Made by a program: the position numbers and the translations under genes. From assembly GCA_047601445.1 (NCBI GenBank), contig JASGJH010000001.1, positions 928,001-992,000 of the forward strand: DNA of 64,000 nt, read 5' to 3'. Position 1 is the stretch's first letter; each line of letters begins with the position of its first letter. This document shows positions 1 to 11,470 of this stretch, piece after piece. The stretch is from Myxococcales bacterium (GTDB taxonomy: Bacteria > Myxococcota_A > Polyangia > Polyangiales > DASUME01). The notes below the pieces were generated by a model. That model had not been told where the DNA came from. It saw only the letters and a program-made list of their open reading frames with translations, and did no database searches.

Positions 1-1711
1 TCAAGAAAAACTCCACGCCATAGGCGTTGGCGCTCACGAGCGGCGGGTTCTCGGGGACGATGCCGTCGGTGACTAGCTCCGGCAAAAGCAGGTTGTTGTA
101 GTGATGGAAGAAGCCCTGGATCTCGAGGCGCAGCCCATACGGCATGTTGAGTGCGCCGCCGAGCTCGCTCTGAATGGAGCTGGTGAGGCCCTGGCTGACG
201 GCGACCTCGGTCAGACCCGGCAACGGCAGCATGAACACGGCGGGCTGATGGGCGGTGCCGAACGCGCCGTGTACTTCCCACCGCTGCGTCGGCGTGTAGG
301 TCAGTCGAATGCGCGGGTCGAAGGCCAAATCCACGCGATTGTTGGAGCTCCAGTAGTCGAAGCGTCCGCCGAGATCCAGGCGAGTCTTGTCGCTCATGCG
401 CATGATGGTCTGCGCGTACACGCCACCCTGATTGCGACCCGGTGAGTCCGCGTAGAGTGGCAAGCTGATCTGGATGTCGCCCTGGGGCGTGGCCAGCGAA
501 CCGGGCCCGTCGTAGACGTTGCCCGTGGTGGAGTAGAGGTCGCCGCCGATGCGCAGGTTGTGGCGCCCCAGCTTCAAGTCCGTCCAGAAGCGCGGGCCCA
601 CGCCGGTGGCCTTGACCTCGAGCGCGTCGCCCATCCGCGAGTTGTCGTAGGAGAAGCGCAGCGCCATGCCGAGCTCGCCGCGTGGCACCTGGTGCACGAA
701 GCGCGTCTCCACGCGCTGGAACATGATCTGCGACGCGCCGGCGCGAGGATCGTTGCTGAGTCCCGGCAGGTTGGCGTTGTCGAAGGAGCCGATCCACACG
801 AGCTCGAAGGAGTCGCGCGCGTTGAGCGGGACCTTGTAGCGAACCTGTCCGTCGTAATAGCTGAACGACGTGCCCGGGTTCACCACGTGGGCGGCCTGCA
901 TCAGCGAGAGCGCCAGGTTCGGATACCCGATTTGGCCGCTGACCGTGATGATGCCCTTGCCGACCGGACCTTCGACCCAGCCACGCGCGTCGATCCAGCT
1001 GAGGTCGACCTCAGCGTCGAACACGTGCTTTTGCGGCACGCCGTTGGCGAGCACCAGACCGCCCGCGCGCCGACCATAGCGGGCCGGCGGCACGCCCGCG
1101 TAGAGCGTGACGGGACCCACCGCCCGCGGATGGATCACGGAGCGCACGAACACGCCGTGAAAGAGCAGGGGTAGCGGGATGTTGTCGTAGACGTAGCCGA
1201 TGGCCGCGGGCGGCGCGCCGCGGATGTACACGTAAGGGACGGCGTTGGCGATCGGCGTGGTGCCTGGCAGGGAGTCCAGGATGCGCAGGGGATCCCCGAA
1301 AGCGCCGGGCAAATCGCGTGCGTTCTCGAGGGGGATCTCGTGACTGCCCGGAACTTCGGGTGGGCGTACGCGCGCCTGGGCGCCGTAGGCGGGGGGGGCA
1401 CCTGGCAGGTTGGTGACGGCCGGGAGCGGCGGTGCCGCCTGCGGGGACTTGGTGGCGGGCGAGCTGACGGGAGACGCGGGAGCTGGACTCGGCTCGGGCG
1501 TGGCCACGGGCGCGAGGATTTCGCCTTCCTCGGGATAGATGTACTCGACGTTGGGTGGCTCGTAGTGCAGCAAGCCGTCGTCCTGGGCGCGTGCGCGCGT
1601 GCTCACGGCACAGACCAGGGCGATCCCGAGAAACAAGGCACAGGCGTGCGCGCTCGTCGTCGGGGGACGCGAGACTGCGAGCTCCGTGCGACGCGTGGCG
1701 TGGAAGGTCAC
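1..1711 (-). CDS. TonB-dependent receptor (runs off the left window edge)
   Basis: Read manually. GTG at 1711 overlaps the upstream TGA (GTGA). Signal peptide (..AVSTRARA/QDD) and Pro-rich linker precede the plug motif LPGAFGDPLRILDSLPG..YVYIRGAPP..GYVYDNIPLPLLFH..SVIHP. The same frame reads ..SANAYGVEFFL at the edge. Confidence 0.85.
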   Translation of the reverse strand, partial: MTFHATRRTELAVSRPPTTSAHACALFLGIALVCAVSTRARAQDDGLLHYEPPNVEYIYPEEGEILAPVATPEPSPAPASPVSSPATKSPQAAPPLPAVTNLPGAPPAYGAQARVRPPEVPGSHEIPLENARDLPGAFGDPLRILDSLPGTTPIANAVPYVYIRGAPPAAIGYVYDNIPLPLLFHGVFVRSVIHPRAVGPVTLYAGVPPARYGRRAGGLVLANGVPQKHVFDAEVDLSWIDARGWVEGPVGKGIITVSGQIGYPNLALSLMQAAHVVNPGTSFSYYDGQVRYKVPLNARDSFELVWIGSFDNANLPGLSNDPRAGASQIMFQRVETRFVHQVPRGELGMALRFSYDNSRMGDALEVKATGVGPRFWTDLKLGRHNLRIGGDLYSTTGNVYDGPGSLATPQGDIQISLPLYADSPGRNQGGVYAQTIMRMSDKTRLDLGGRFDYWSSNNRVDLAFDPRIRLTYTPTQRWEVHGAFGTAHQPAVFMLPLPGLTEVAVSQGLTSSIQSELGGALNMPYGLRLEIQGFFHHYNNLLLPELVTDGIVPENPPLVSANAYGVEFFL

Positions 1712-3237
1712 AGGGCTGCGAACCAAAGACCGCTGCGTTCGCCGTCCTCGACGCTGTAGACCAGGCCTTCGAGCGGCGTGTACACGGAAGTGTAGGTAGT
1801 GACGTTATTGTCGACGACGGCGCCTAGCTCGCCCGATACCAAGCGCGCGTGCAGCTTGCCCCGCAGCCGCGTGTCCGTATCGCTCACCTGGGTGGCGTCT
1901 TCGATGTACACGATGGCCGCCTCCGACACCTGCGCAAGCAGTTCCACGCTGAAGGCGTTGGTGGGCACTCCGGAGCCCAGGGTCTCGGGCTCGAAGGTCG
2001 TTTGATTGAAGAGCGAGAGCGTACCTCGGCGATCGGCGATGTCGTGGGGGAAGACCCGAATCACCTCGTTGTCGCGCATGTCCAGGAAGGGAATCGGTCG
2101 GCCGACCTTGGCGAGTGTGAAGACAGCCGCTTTGGCCTGCGCGTCCCACAACACGAACGAATCGTCCTCCGTGAAGCCCACGATTTGGTGGCCGTTCACC
2201 ACCTGGACCGTATTGAGTTCGAGCATGGGCTCGACCAGCATGCGTTCGGTCTGGCCTGGTGGCGTCGCGTAGAACTGGTCGGCGTCGGGACCGTGGATGT
2301 ACTCGAACAGGTAGCCGCTCTGCTGGTAGTTCGCGAAGGTGCCTGGCTCGAAGCTCTGGGACTCCCCGGTGGTCAGGTCGATGCGCACCAGCTGTTCGGC
2401 GGCGCAGGGCGAGTAGAGGTCGAGGTTGAGCCCTGAATACACAGGTTCGCAGGCGTCCTGCGCGATGCGCACGGGCTGGAAGTCGGGACCCGCTGCTTCA
2501 TAGAGATCGTTGCCGTCCACATAAGCCACGCGCAGCGTATCGAAGAGCGCCTGCGAGAAGTCGCGTACGTCTTGCCCGCGCGAGAACAGCAGCTCTCCTT
2601 GGAGCGTGCGCTGGGTCAACGTGCTGTTCTCGATCAACCACAGGGTTTGCGGACCGATGGGGGTGGAACCATTGGTCGGACGTCGCACCGCCGACAGGGC
2701 CGACACGCCCTCCGCGATCAAGGTGACCTCCTGGGTCCAAGGGTTCACCATGGTCAGGGTGCCGCGGCCGTTCCCTACCAGCGAAACCTGTTGCCCGCCG
2801 TCGAGCTCCAACATGGTGGTGCTGCGGGCTCGCCCGAAGGGCCCGCGCAGCACGCAGTGCTCATCGGAGTAGTAGAGCGCGCGGTCCTCGGTGTCCTCCT
2901 TCATGATCACCGGGATGAGGAATGCCGGACTCTTGGCTTTCGAGGTCGGGTCGAACAACGTGGCGTCGATTTGCACCGTGTTCGGCGGTAGGTCGCAGAC
3001 CTTCTTGGTGGCGCGTTCGAAGATGGCGCGCGTGGGCGTTCCGACCGGGTCGCGCGTGAGCAATACGAAGCGCTGGGTGGTGAGCTGATCGAGGATGCGG
3101 TCGATCTTGACCGGACCCTTGAGCAAGAGCTGCGGCTGCACCGGCTTCGCTTCCGGATGCCAGGCGCAACTGGCGCTCAAGAGCAGCGCGCTGAGCCCGA
3201 GCGCTAGACTGGTAAAGGACAAGAAAGCCCGGCACAT
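1708..3237 (-). CDS. putative lipoprotein, beta-strand-rich (probable beta-propeller)
   Basis: True start is likely ATG 3237 (MCRAFLSFTSLALGLSALLLSASC, lipobox-like). The upstream part of the 796-aa track ORF is antisense to the asparaginase gene. Confidence 0.7.
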   Translation of the reverse strand: MCRAFLSFTSLALGLSALLLSASCAWHPEAKPVQPQLLLKGPVKIDRILDQLTTQRFVLLTRDPVGTPTRAIFERATKKVCDLPPNTVQIDATLFDPTSKAKSPAFLIPVIMKEDTEDRALYYSDEHCVLRGPFGRARSTTMLELDGGQQVSLVGNGRGTLTMVNPWTQEVTLIAEGVSALSAVRRPTNGSTPIGPQTLWLIENSTLTQRTLQGELLFSRGQDVRDFSQALFDTLRVAYVDGNDLYEAAGPDFQPVRIAQDACEPVYSGLNLDLYSPCAAEQLVRIDLTTGESQSFEPGTFANYQQSGYLFEYIHGPDADQFYATPPGQTERMLVEPMLELNTVQVVNGHQIVGFTEDDSFVLWDAQAKAAVFTLAKVGRPIPFLDMRDNEVIRVFPHDIADRRGTLSLFNQTTFEPETLGSGVPTNAFSVELLAQVSEAAIVYIEDATQVSDTDTRLRGKLHARLVSGELGAVVDNNVTTYTSVYTPLEGLVYSVEDGERSGLWFAAL

Positions 3238-3312
3238 TGGCCAGCACAGGCTTGCACGGCCACCGGATGGAAACAATCCCCGAAGGAACCCGTGGGAGAG
3301 GGCAGCGAAGAA

Positions 3313-4281
3313 ATGTTGCGGCTCACAATCGAGCAACGGCGCGGTTTCGCCGTAGAGGGTGAACACCCGGTCGACGCGTGTCTTTCGGACGGCCATGGCT
3401 TGGTGGTTCAAGTGGGCGAGGACCGTCTCACGACCTTTCGCAGTGCGGCCAAACCGTTCCAACTCGAAACATCGCTGGCGCTCCTGACCCCGGCGCAGCG
3501 CGTCATGCTCACGAGTCGGGACCTCGCGCTGGGTGCGGCCAGTCACCACGGCGAGCCTTTTCACGTGGCCCAGGTGCGCGACCTTTTGTCGCGCCTCGGT
3601 CGCACGCCCGAGCATCTCTACTGCGGCGTCCACGCGCCGAGCGACCAGGCGAGCGCCCGCGCCCTGTTCGCCAGCGGTGCCGAGCCGAGCGTGCTGCACA
3701 ACAACTGCTCCGGGAAGCACTCGTTCATGGCGGCAGCCTGCGCGGCCCACGGGTTTGCACAGGACTATCGCGGGCCGGAGCATCCGCTGCAGCAGCAGGT
3801 GCTGGAGACCCTGCAGGCGCGCACGGATGGGGCCGTGGCCGGCAGCGTGGTGGATGGCTGCGGTATCCCGTGCTTCGTGCTCCCGTTGTCCGCCATGGCG
3901 TTGGCCTGGGCACGCGTCGCACATGCCATGCGCGACGACCCCGAGCCCCATGGGCTGGGCGCCATCGGTAGGGCCATGCTGGAGCATCCGCGGCTCATGA
4001 GCGGCACTCATGCCTTCGACGGCTTCCTGGCCGAGCAGACCGGGGTCGTGGCCAAGGTGGGCGCTCAGGGGCTGCTGTGCGTCGCGCTGCCCAAACAAGG
4101 TCTCGGCCTCGCCCTGCGCGCGCGTTCGGGGAGTGACGCGGTCCGACCTCAGGCGGCACTATCGCTGCTCGAGCGCTTCGTGCCCGAGGCGCTGCCCGCG
4201 GCGGTTCCGAGCGAGTACACCGGGGTGTTCAACTTGGTGGGCCAGCACGTGGGAGACATCGTGGCGCGCTGGCTCGATTGA
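3313..4281 (+). CDS. L-asparaginase II (Rhizobium etli-type, class 3)
   Basis: Motifs RSAAKPFQ, ASHHGEPFH, HNNCSGKH, VDGCG, AKVGAQG. Confidence 0.9.
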   Translation: MLRLTIEQRRGFAVEGEHPVDACLSDGHGLVVQVGEDRLTTFRSAAKPFQLETSLALLTPAQRVMLTSRDLALGAASHHGEPFHVAQVRDLLSRLGRTPEHLYCGVHAPSDQASARALFASGAEPSVLHNNCSGKHSFMAAACAAHGFAQDYRGPEHPLQQQVLETLQARTDGAVAGSVVDGCGIPCFVLPLSAMALAWARVAHAMRDDPEPHGLGAIGRAMLEHPRLMSGTHAFDGFLAEQTGVVAKVGAQGLLCVALPKQGLGLALRARSGSDAVRPQAALSLLERFVPEALPAAVPSEYTGVFNLVGQHVGDIVARWLD

Positions 4282-4283
4282 CC

Positions 4284-4342
4284 GCTCAGGCGTTCTATCG
4301 CCTGAGCTATCAGGCGTTCTATCGCCTGATAGCTCAGGCGTT
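4284..4342. repeat. tandem palindromic repeat, 24-bp period (2 full hairpins + 1 partial copy)
   Basis: GCTCAGGCG-TTCTAT-CGCCTGAGC, then GCTATCAGGCG-TTCTAT-CGCCTGATAGC, then GCTCAGGCGTT. TCAGGCGTT starts at 4286, 4310 and 4334. Lies between convergent genes. Confidence 0.9.
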
Positions 4343-4798
4343 TTGAGGAGGGCTCACCGGCAGGATGGGCGCCCACACGAGGCGGAACAGCAGCTCGTCC
4401 GGGATGCGCACGCCGCGGTCGCTGAAGAACAGCGCGTTGACTTCGAGTCCCTCGTGGCGCTCGCCCACGAACAGGATGCCCTCGCCCTGGGGGTTGTATC
4501 CCAGCTGCACGATGGCGTTCTTGCGCCAGACGCCCGAATCGCCGACGCGCAGGTCGTCGGGCAACGTGTAGAAGCCCTCGGCCGGCAGGCGCTTCAGGGT
4601 GCGCTCCCAGAGCGGATCCGTGAGCGGCGTGGTGGGGTCACCCCAGTACCAACGGTTGTGCACGTTGCGCCCGGGACGCACCACGAACATCCCGCCGTTG
4701 CGGTCCTCGCCCACGTAGACCAGGGCGCCTTCGGGGATTGCGCTTTGAGCGAACGGGTGGGCTTGCGTGGTGCGGTAGAGTCCTGCGGGAATCGTCAT
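4334..4798 (-). CDS. hypothetical protein
   Basis: 154-aa ORF with globular composition, directly downstream of and co-oriented with uvrA. Confidence 0.75.
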   Translation of the reverse strand: MTIPAGLYRTTQAHPFAQSAIPEGALVYVGEDRNGGMFVVRPGRNVHNRWYWGDPTTPLTDPLWERTLKRLPAEGFYTLPDDLRVGDSGVWRKNAIVQLGYNPQGEGILFVGERHEGLEVNALFFSDRGVRIPDELLFRLVWAPILPVSPPQNA

Positions 4799-4823
4799 GT
4801 TGGCCGCAAGATAGCAGGCAGGC

Positions 4824-7727
<2,904 letters not shown>

Positions 7728-7751
7728 GGCCGACGCTCTAGCACCGAAGCC

Positions 7752-7768
7752 CCTGTACGCACGAGCAG
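7752..7768 (-). promoter_or_regulatory. candidate LexA (SOS) box upstream of uvrA
   Basis: CTGCTCGTGCGTACAGG on the minus strand has CTG-N10-CAG architecture. It matches 15/17 positions of the Myxococcus LexA consensus as I recall it (CTRHAMRYBYGTTCAGS). It overlaps the expected -35 region of the TG-C-TAGAGC -10 element at 7743-7735. Confidence 0.5.
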
Positions 7769-7838
7769 TTCTAGGCGAGATCGCGGACAGGATATGTCCG
7801 CGATAGGCGGCGGACCCGTCGGCTTTGACCGAGTGCGG

Positions 7839-8210
7839 CTACTTGTCGCCGCCGGAGGTGTTGCCCTCGTCGTCCTTCTTTTCCTCGCCTTCGCCCAGAT
7901 AGCGCGACACCACGCGCTCGAAGGCGGCCATGCCCTCGGAGTCCAAGGCGCGCAGGCCCAGCTTGGAGTTTTCGGTCTGCTCGTCGCGCCAGACCACCTC
8001 CATTTTGAGAGCGATTTGCCCCTCTTTGGGGTCCTCGAACTTGATCTCCAGGGTGGTGCCGATGGCGGGCGCGCCGCTCTCCGCGACCACGAACATGCCC
8101 GTCTTGCTCATGTTCCGCGCTTGGGCCTCGATGCGCGAGTCCTGGCCCTCCACCCAGACGGATTGCCTGGTATCGACTCGTGGATCGCGGCGCTGATCCC
8201 TTCCGCTCAT
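7839..8210 (-). CDS. PilZ domain protein (c-di-GMP receptor)
   Basis: MSGRDQRRDPR (RxxxR) and NMSKTG ([D/N]xSxxG) motifs. Confidence 0.9.
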   Translation of the reverse strand: MSGRDQRRDPRVDTRQSVWVEGQDSRIEAQARNMSKTGMFVVAESGAPAIGTTLEIKFEDPKEGQIALKMEVVWRDEQTENSKLGLRALDSEGMAAFERVVSRYLGEGEEKKDDEGNTSGGDK

Positions 8211-8321
8211 CTTGTCCCCATCCTGCTTGGAGCAGGTCGAAAGCGCAGCCGCGCCTGCGCGCAGCCTTGTCCCCAAGGTTAGATCGCCCGAACGTCCGCG
8301 GGAAGACTCTGTGCAGCACCG

Positions 8322-8337
8322 TGCAAGTGCTTGGCCG
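8322..8337 (-). promoter_or_regulatory. candidate sigma-54 promoter for the PilZ gene
   Basis: CGGCCAAGCACTTGCA: GG-N10-GC spacing with a TTGCA -12 element, about 110 nt upstream of ATG 8210. Confidence 0.4.
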
Positions 8338-8605
8338 TATTCGGTTCCCCGTCGGTGTGTGCGCTTCTGCGATCGCAGCGCTGACGCGATCTGGATCGGT
8401 CTGACGGGATTGGGGCGAACGCCCTGGATCGCAGCTTGCAGAAGTTTCGCCGAGTGAATGGGAGCTCCCTCGGAGCGCGAGGGACGAGGCCGTATAGAGG
8501 AGGCTTCCGCTGGAGCTCGGGGCGGCAGTCGGCGTTTCTCCGCGGGAGCGCCGCACATGCAAGCGGCGTTGCGGAACCGGTCTCGGGGACGGGCGGGAGA
8601 GGGGC

Positions 8606-9220
8606 ATGCGCGCTGGCTGGGTCGCTCTGGTTTTCTGCATCACGCTCGGCGTGGCGACGCGGGCTCAGGCAGGAGACTTCTTCGGGTTGCGGAGCGACGA
8701 CGCCCCCTCGCTCTCCGGCGATGGCTATCGAGGATTGTTGGCAGGCTCGCTGGTGGGCCTGAGCGGCGGCTACGTTGCGGCGCGGCGCCATGGCTTCGAC
8801 AGCAGCGACTGGAAGCCCATGGTCTACGGCCTGGGCTTCGGCGCGCTGGGTGGCCTGGCCGTCGGCCTCACGCTCGGAGCCTTCGAGATTCGAGACCCAT
8901 CGCGAAAGATCGCCAATCTGACCTTACGCGAGATGGTTTGCGCCGGTGCGCTGGGCACGTTGACGGGTGCCATCGTAGGTGGGTTGGTCGCGATCGGGAG
9001 CCGTGAGCCCGAGCACATCCTGTTCGGTGCAGCGATCGGCACCCTGGGTGGTGTGGGCACCGGCTTGGTGGTCGGTGTGGTTCAGGGCAGCTTCGCCGCC
9101 AAGAAGGCCGCGCGCCAGAACGAGCACGCGCGCAGGCCGAGCATCGGACCCAGCTGGGCGATGGTGGCGGACGCGCAGCACCGGCGCGTGCTGATGGTGG
9201 GGGCAGAAGGGCGCTTCTAA
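8606..9220 (+). CDS. exported Gly-rich membrane protein
   Basis: Signal peptide (..ATRAQA), four glycine-zipper-like hydrophobic helices, C-terminus VGAEGRF. Confidence 0.7.
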   Translation: MRAGWVALVFCITLGVATRAQAGDFFGLRSDDAPSLSGDGYRGLLAGSLVGLSGGYVAARRHGFDSSDWKPMVYGLGFGALGGLAVGLTLGAFEIRDPSRKIANLTLREMVCAGALGTLTGAIVGGLVAIGSREPEHILFGAAIGTLGGVGTGLVVGVVQGSFAAKKAARQNEHARRPSIGPSWAMVADAQHRRVLMVGAEGRF

Positions 9221-9249
9221 ACGCCATTCAAGTCAGCCGAGCACGCCGC

Positions 9250-9684
9250 TCAAGTCGCGGCGAGATCACTCGTGCAGAACTTGCAGCGCTTGGCCTTGAG
9301 CGGCACCTGCTCGAGGCACATCGGGCACTCGCGGGTGGTAGGCGCGGGAGCCGGTGGCTGGCTGCCCGAAGGGCTCTGGATCTTCTTGATGGCGCGCACC
9401 GCCCAAAACAGCACGAAGGCCACGATCAAGAAGTCCACGATCACCGAGGCCAGATCACCCACCAACAGGCGGACGTCATTGGTGGGGCCTTCGGGCGGAA
9501 GTTCGCGCAGCGTGATGGCCGCCTGTCGCCACTCGCCGCTCGGCAGGATCAGCGAGACCAGAGGCATGATGAGGTCGTTGACTGAAGCGGTGACGATCTT
9601 GCCGAAGACGCCGCCGATGATCACGCCGATGGCGAGATCCACGACGTTGCCCTTGAAAGCGAAGTCCCGAAAGTCTTTCCACAT
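9250..9684 (-). CDS. mscL: large-conductance mechanosensitive channel with C-terminal zinc ribbon
   Basis: FRDFAFKGNVVDLAIGVIIG..F.KIV..V.D.IMP; DFLIVAF; tail CPMC..RCKFC. Confidence 0.95.
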   Translation of the reverse strand: MWKDFRDFAFKGNVVDLAIGVIIGGVFGKIVTASVNDLIMPLVSLILPSGEWRQAAITLRELPPEGPTNDVRLLVGDLASVIVDFLIVAFVLFWAVRAIKKIQSPSGSQPPAPAPTTRECPMCLEQVPLKAKRCKFCTSDLAAT

Positions 9685-9757
9685 GGCTCGGTCTCCCGGC
9701 TGAGCAGGCGTTGGCCGAACCGTACAGCAGAAAGCCGGCAAGGGCCCGTGCGAATGG

Positions 9758-11305
9758 TCAGTCGAGCACGGCGGCGCGCTTCAGGCGGGCCATCGCCACG
9801 CGCGCATTGATGGCGGCGTTGGCGAGGGCCAAGCGGGCTTCGGTGACGCGGAGATCTTCCTGCAAGAGGTCGATCACCACGCCGGCGCCCACTCGGTACA
9901 TCGCGAGGCGCACGCGGTAGGCCTCCTCGGCCGCTTGCAACTGAGCCTGCGACGCTTTGGCGGCGGCGTCGGCTGCCTTGTAGTCCTCGTAGGCCTGCAC
10001 GACCTCGATGCGCACGGCGTCCTCGAGCGACATCACGTCGGCACGAGCGCGCGCGATCTCGGCGCTGGCGCGCTGGCTGCGCTGGTAGCCCGTGAGCGAT
10101 GCGTTGGGCGACCAGGACAGCGTGCCGCCGATCTCATAGCTGCTCCTGAAGTCGGTCTTGTTGAGCGGGATGTAGCGAGGGTTGGGCTGTGCATCGAGGA
10201 CGCTGCCATCGATGGAGATTTGAGGCATCGCGCTGCCGCGCTCGGCCTTCTTTTGGAGCTTGCCAGCGTCGACCAACTCGCGCAGAGCCTTGAGCTCGGG
10301 GCGTTCGGCGAGGCCGCGCCTCACGAGGTCGTCCGACGTGGCCGTGGGCGCGGGCGGCAAGTCCGCGACGGGCTCGCTGATGGTGGTGACGCTCTCGGCG
10401 GGTACACCCATCAGGGTGGCGAGACGGCTGCGGGATGTGGCCACGACTCCGTCCGCGCGCGCCAGCGCCGAGCGGGCGGCTTCGTAACGAGACACTGCGG
10501 TCATCAAGTCCACGGGGGCCGCCGTGCCCGCGTCGACGAACAACTGAATCTGATCGCGCTGCGCCTGGGCTTGCTTGAGCGACTGCTCGAACACCGCGCG
10601 GTTGGCCAGGGCCAGTACGTAGGCGTAGTAGGCTTCACGGGCGTTGAGCTCCACTCCGTCTGCCTGGCCTTCCACCTGGAACTTGCGGGCCTGCACGATG
10701 TTTTTGGACGCCTCGTAGGCGGGCCAGACGCGCAACAGCATGTCGATGACGGGCACCTTCAACGTCGCGCCGAGCGCATAGTTGTTGGCCGGGTACGTGA
10801 AGGCACCGGAGTCCGTGCCCGAGAACAACATCTTGATGCTGTCCGGGGTATCGGGTGGCAGCTGGAACGGGACGTTGTTGATGACGTTGATGCGCTTGTA
10901 CTGAAAGTACCCGTTGAGCTGCGGCATGAAGCCCGACCAGACCACCCGCGAGTCCCAGTACGCTTGGTCCGCGATGGCTTCGGAAACGGCGATCTGCGGG
11001 GCGCGCGCACGCGCCTTGGCGGCGGCTTCGTCGGAGGTGAGTCCCGAGCTCGAGATCACTGCACCGCGAAAATCGAACTCCGTAATCGGGGCATCCTGCG
11101 CGGTTACATCCGCGACTTCCTGGGCCGCAGGTCCGGGTGCTGGGTTGTCCGGTGGGCGATCCGGGGCGGGCAAGTTGACGGGCGGCGTGCCGCGCGGCGG
11201 GCTTTGTTGCGCCCCCGCGGTGCTAGACAACAAGGCCAGGGCCGATGCGACGGTCGCGCTCGCGACGGCGTGCGCGTGATGCTTGAAGGAGAAACTAGGT
11301 TTCAT
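9758..11305 (-). CDS. TolC family outer membrane efflux protein
   Basis: Signal peptide, two OEP repeats (F..G.AAPVDL; YRVGAG..IDLL), ERPELKAL, MPQISIDG. Confidence 0.9.
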   Translation of the reverse strand: MKPSFSFKHHAHAVASATVASALALLSSTAGAQQSPPRGTPPVNLPAPDRPPDNPAPGPAAQEVADVTAQDAPITEFDFRGAVISSSGLTSDEAAAKARARAPQIAVSEAIADQAYWDSRVVWSGFMPQLNGYFQYKRINVINNVPFQLPPDTPDSIKMLFSGTDSGAFTYPANNYALGATLKVPVIDMLLRVWPAYEASKNIVQARKFQVEGQADGVELNAREAYYAYVLALANRAVFEQSLKQAQAQRDQIQLFVDAGTAAPVDLMTAVSRYEAARSALARADGVVATSRSRLATLMGVPAESVTTISEPVADLPPAPTATSDDLVRRGLAERPELKALRELVDAGKLQKKAERGSAMPQISIDGSVLDAQPNPRYIPLNKTDFRSSYEIGGTLSWSPNASLTGYQRSQRASAEIARARADVMSLEDAVRIEVVQAYEDYKAADAAAKASQAQLQAAEEAYRVRLAMYRVGAGVVIDLLQEDLRVTEARLALANAAINARVAMARLKRAAVLD

Positions 11306-11470
11306 GGGCTCACGTGAAGGGCAGGCAAAGTTGAGCTCGGTTGGCCGGGCGGCCAGTGCGGAATTGGAGCTGCATGGGATGGGCGGTCAAGCCGAATTAG
11401 CACTCCTGAGCGGGTGGGGCGTGTGCATCGTGCACGCAACTCGTCAGCAGCGAACGCCACAGGTGACCCC

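Noticed and set aside
3238..4098. N-terminal 287 aa of the 796-aa track ORF
   Set aside because: Antisense shadow of the asparaginase gene; the lipoprotein signal begins at 3237.
4284..4342. Possible mini-CRISPR array
   Set aside because: Units are contiguous with no unique spacers, and there are no cas genes.
8211..8605. Riboswitch or ncRNA in the 395-bp divergent intergenic region
   Set aside because: No recognisable conserved motif by eye; an Rfam/Infernal scan would be needed.
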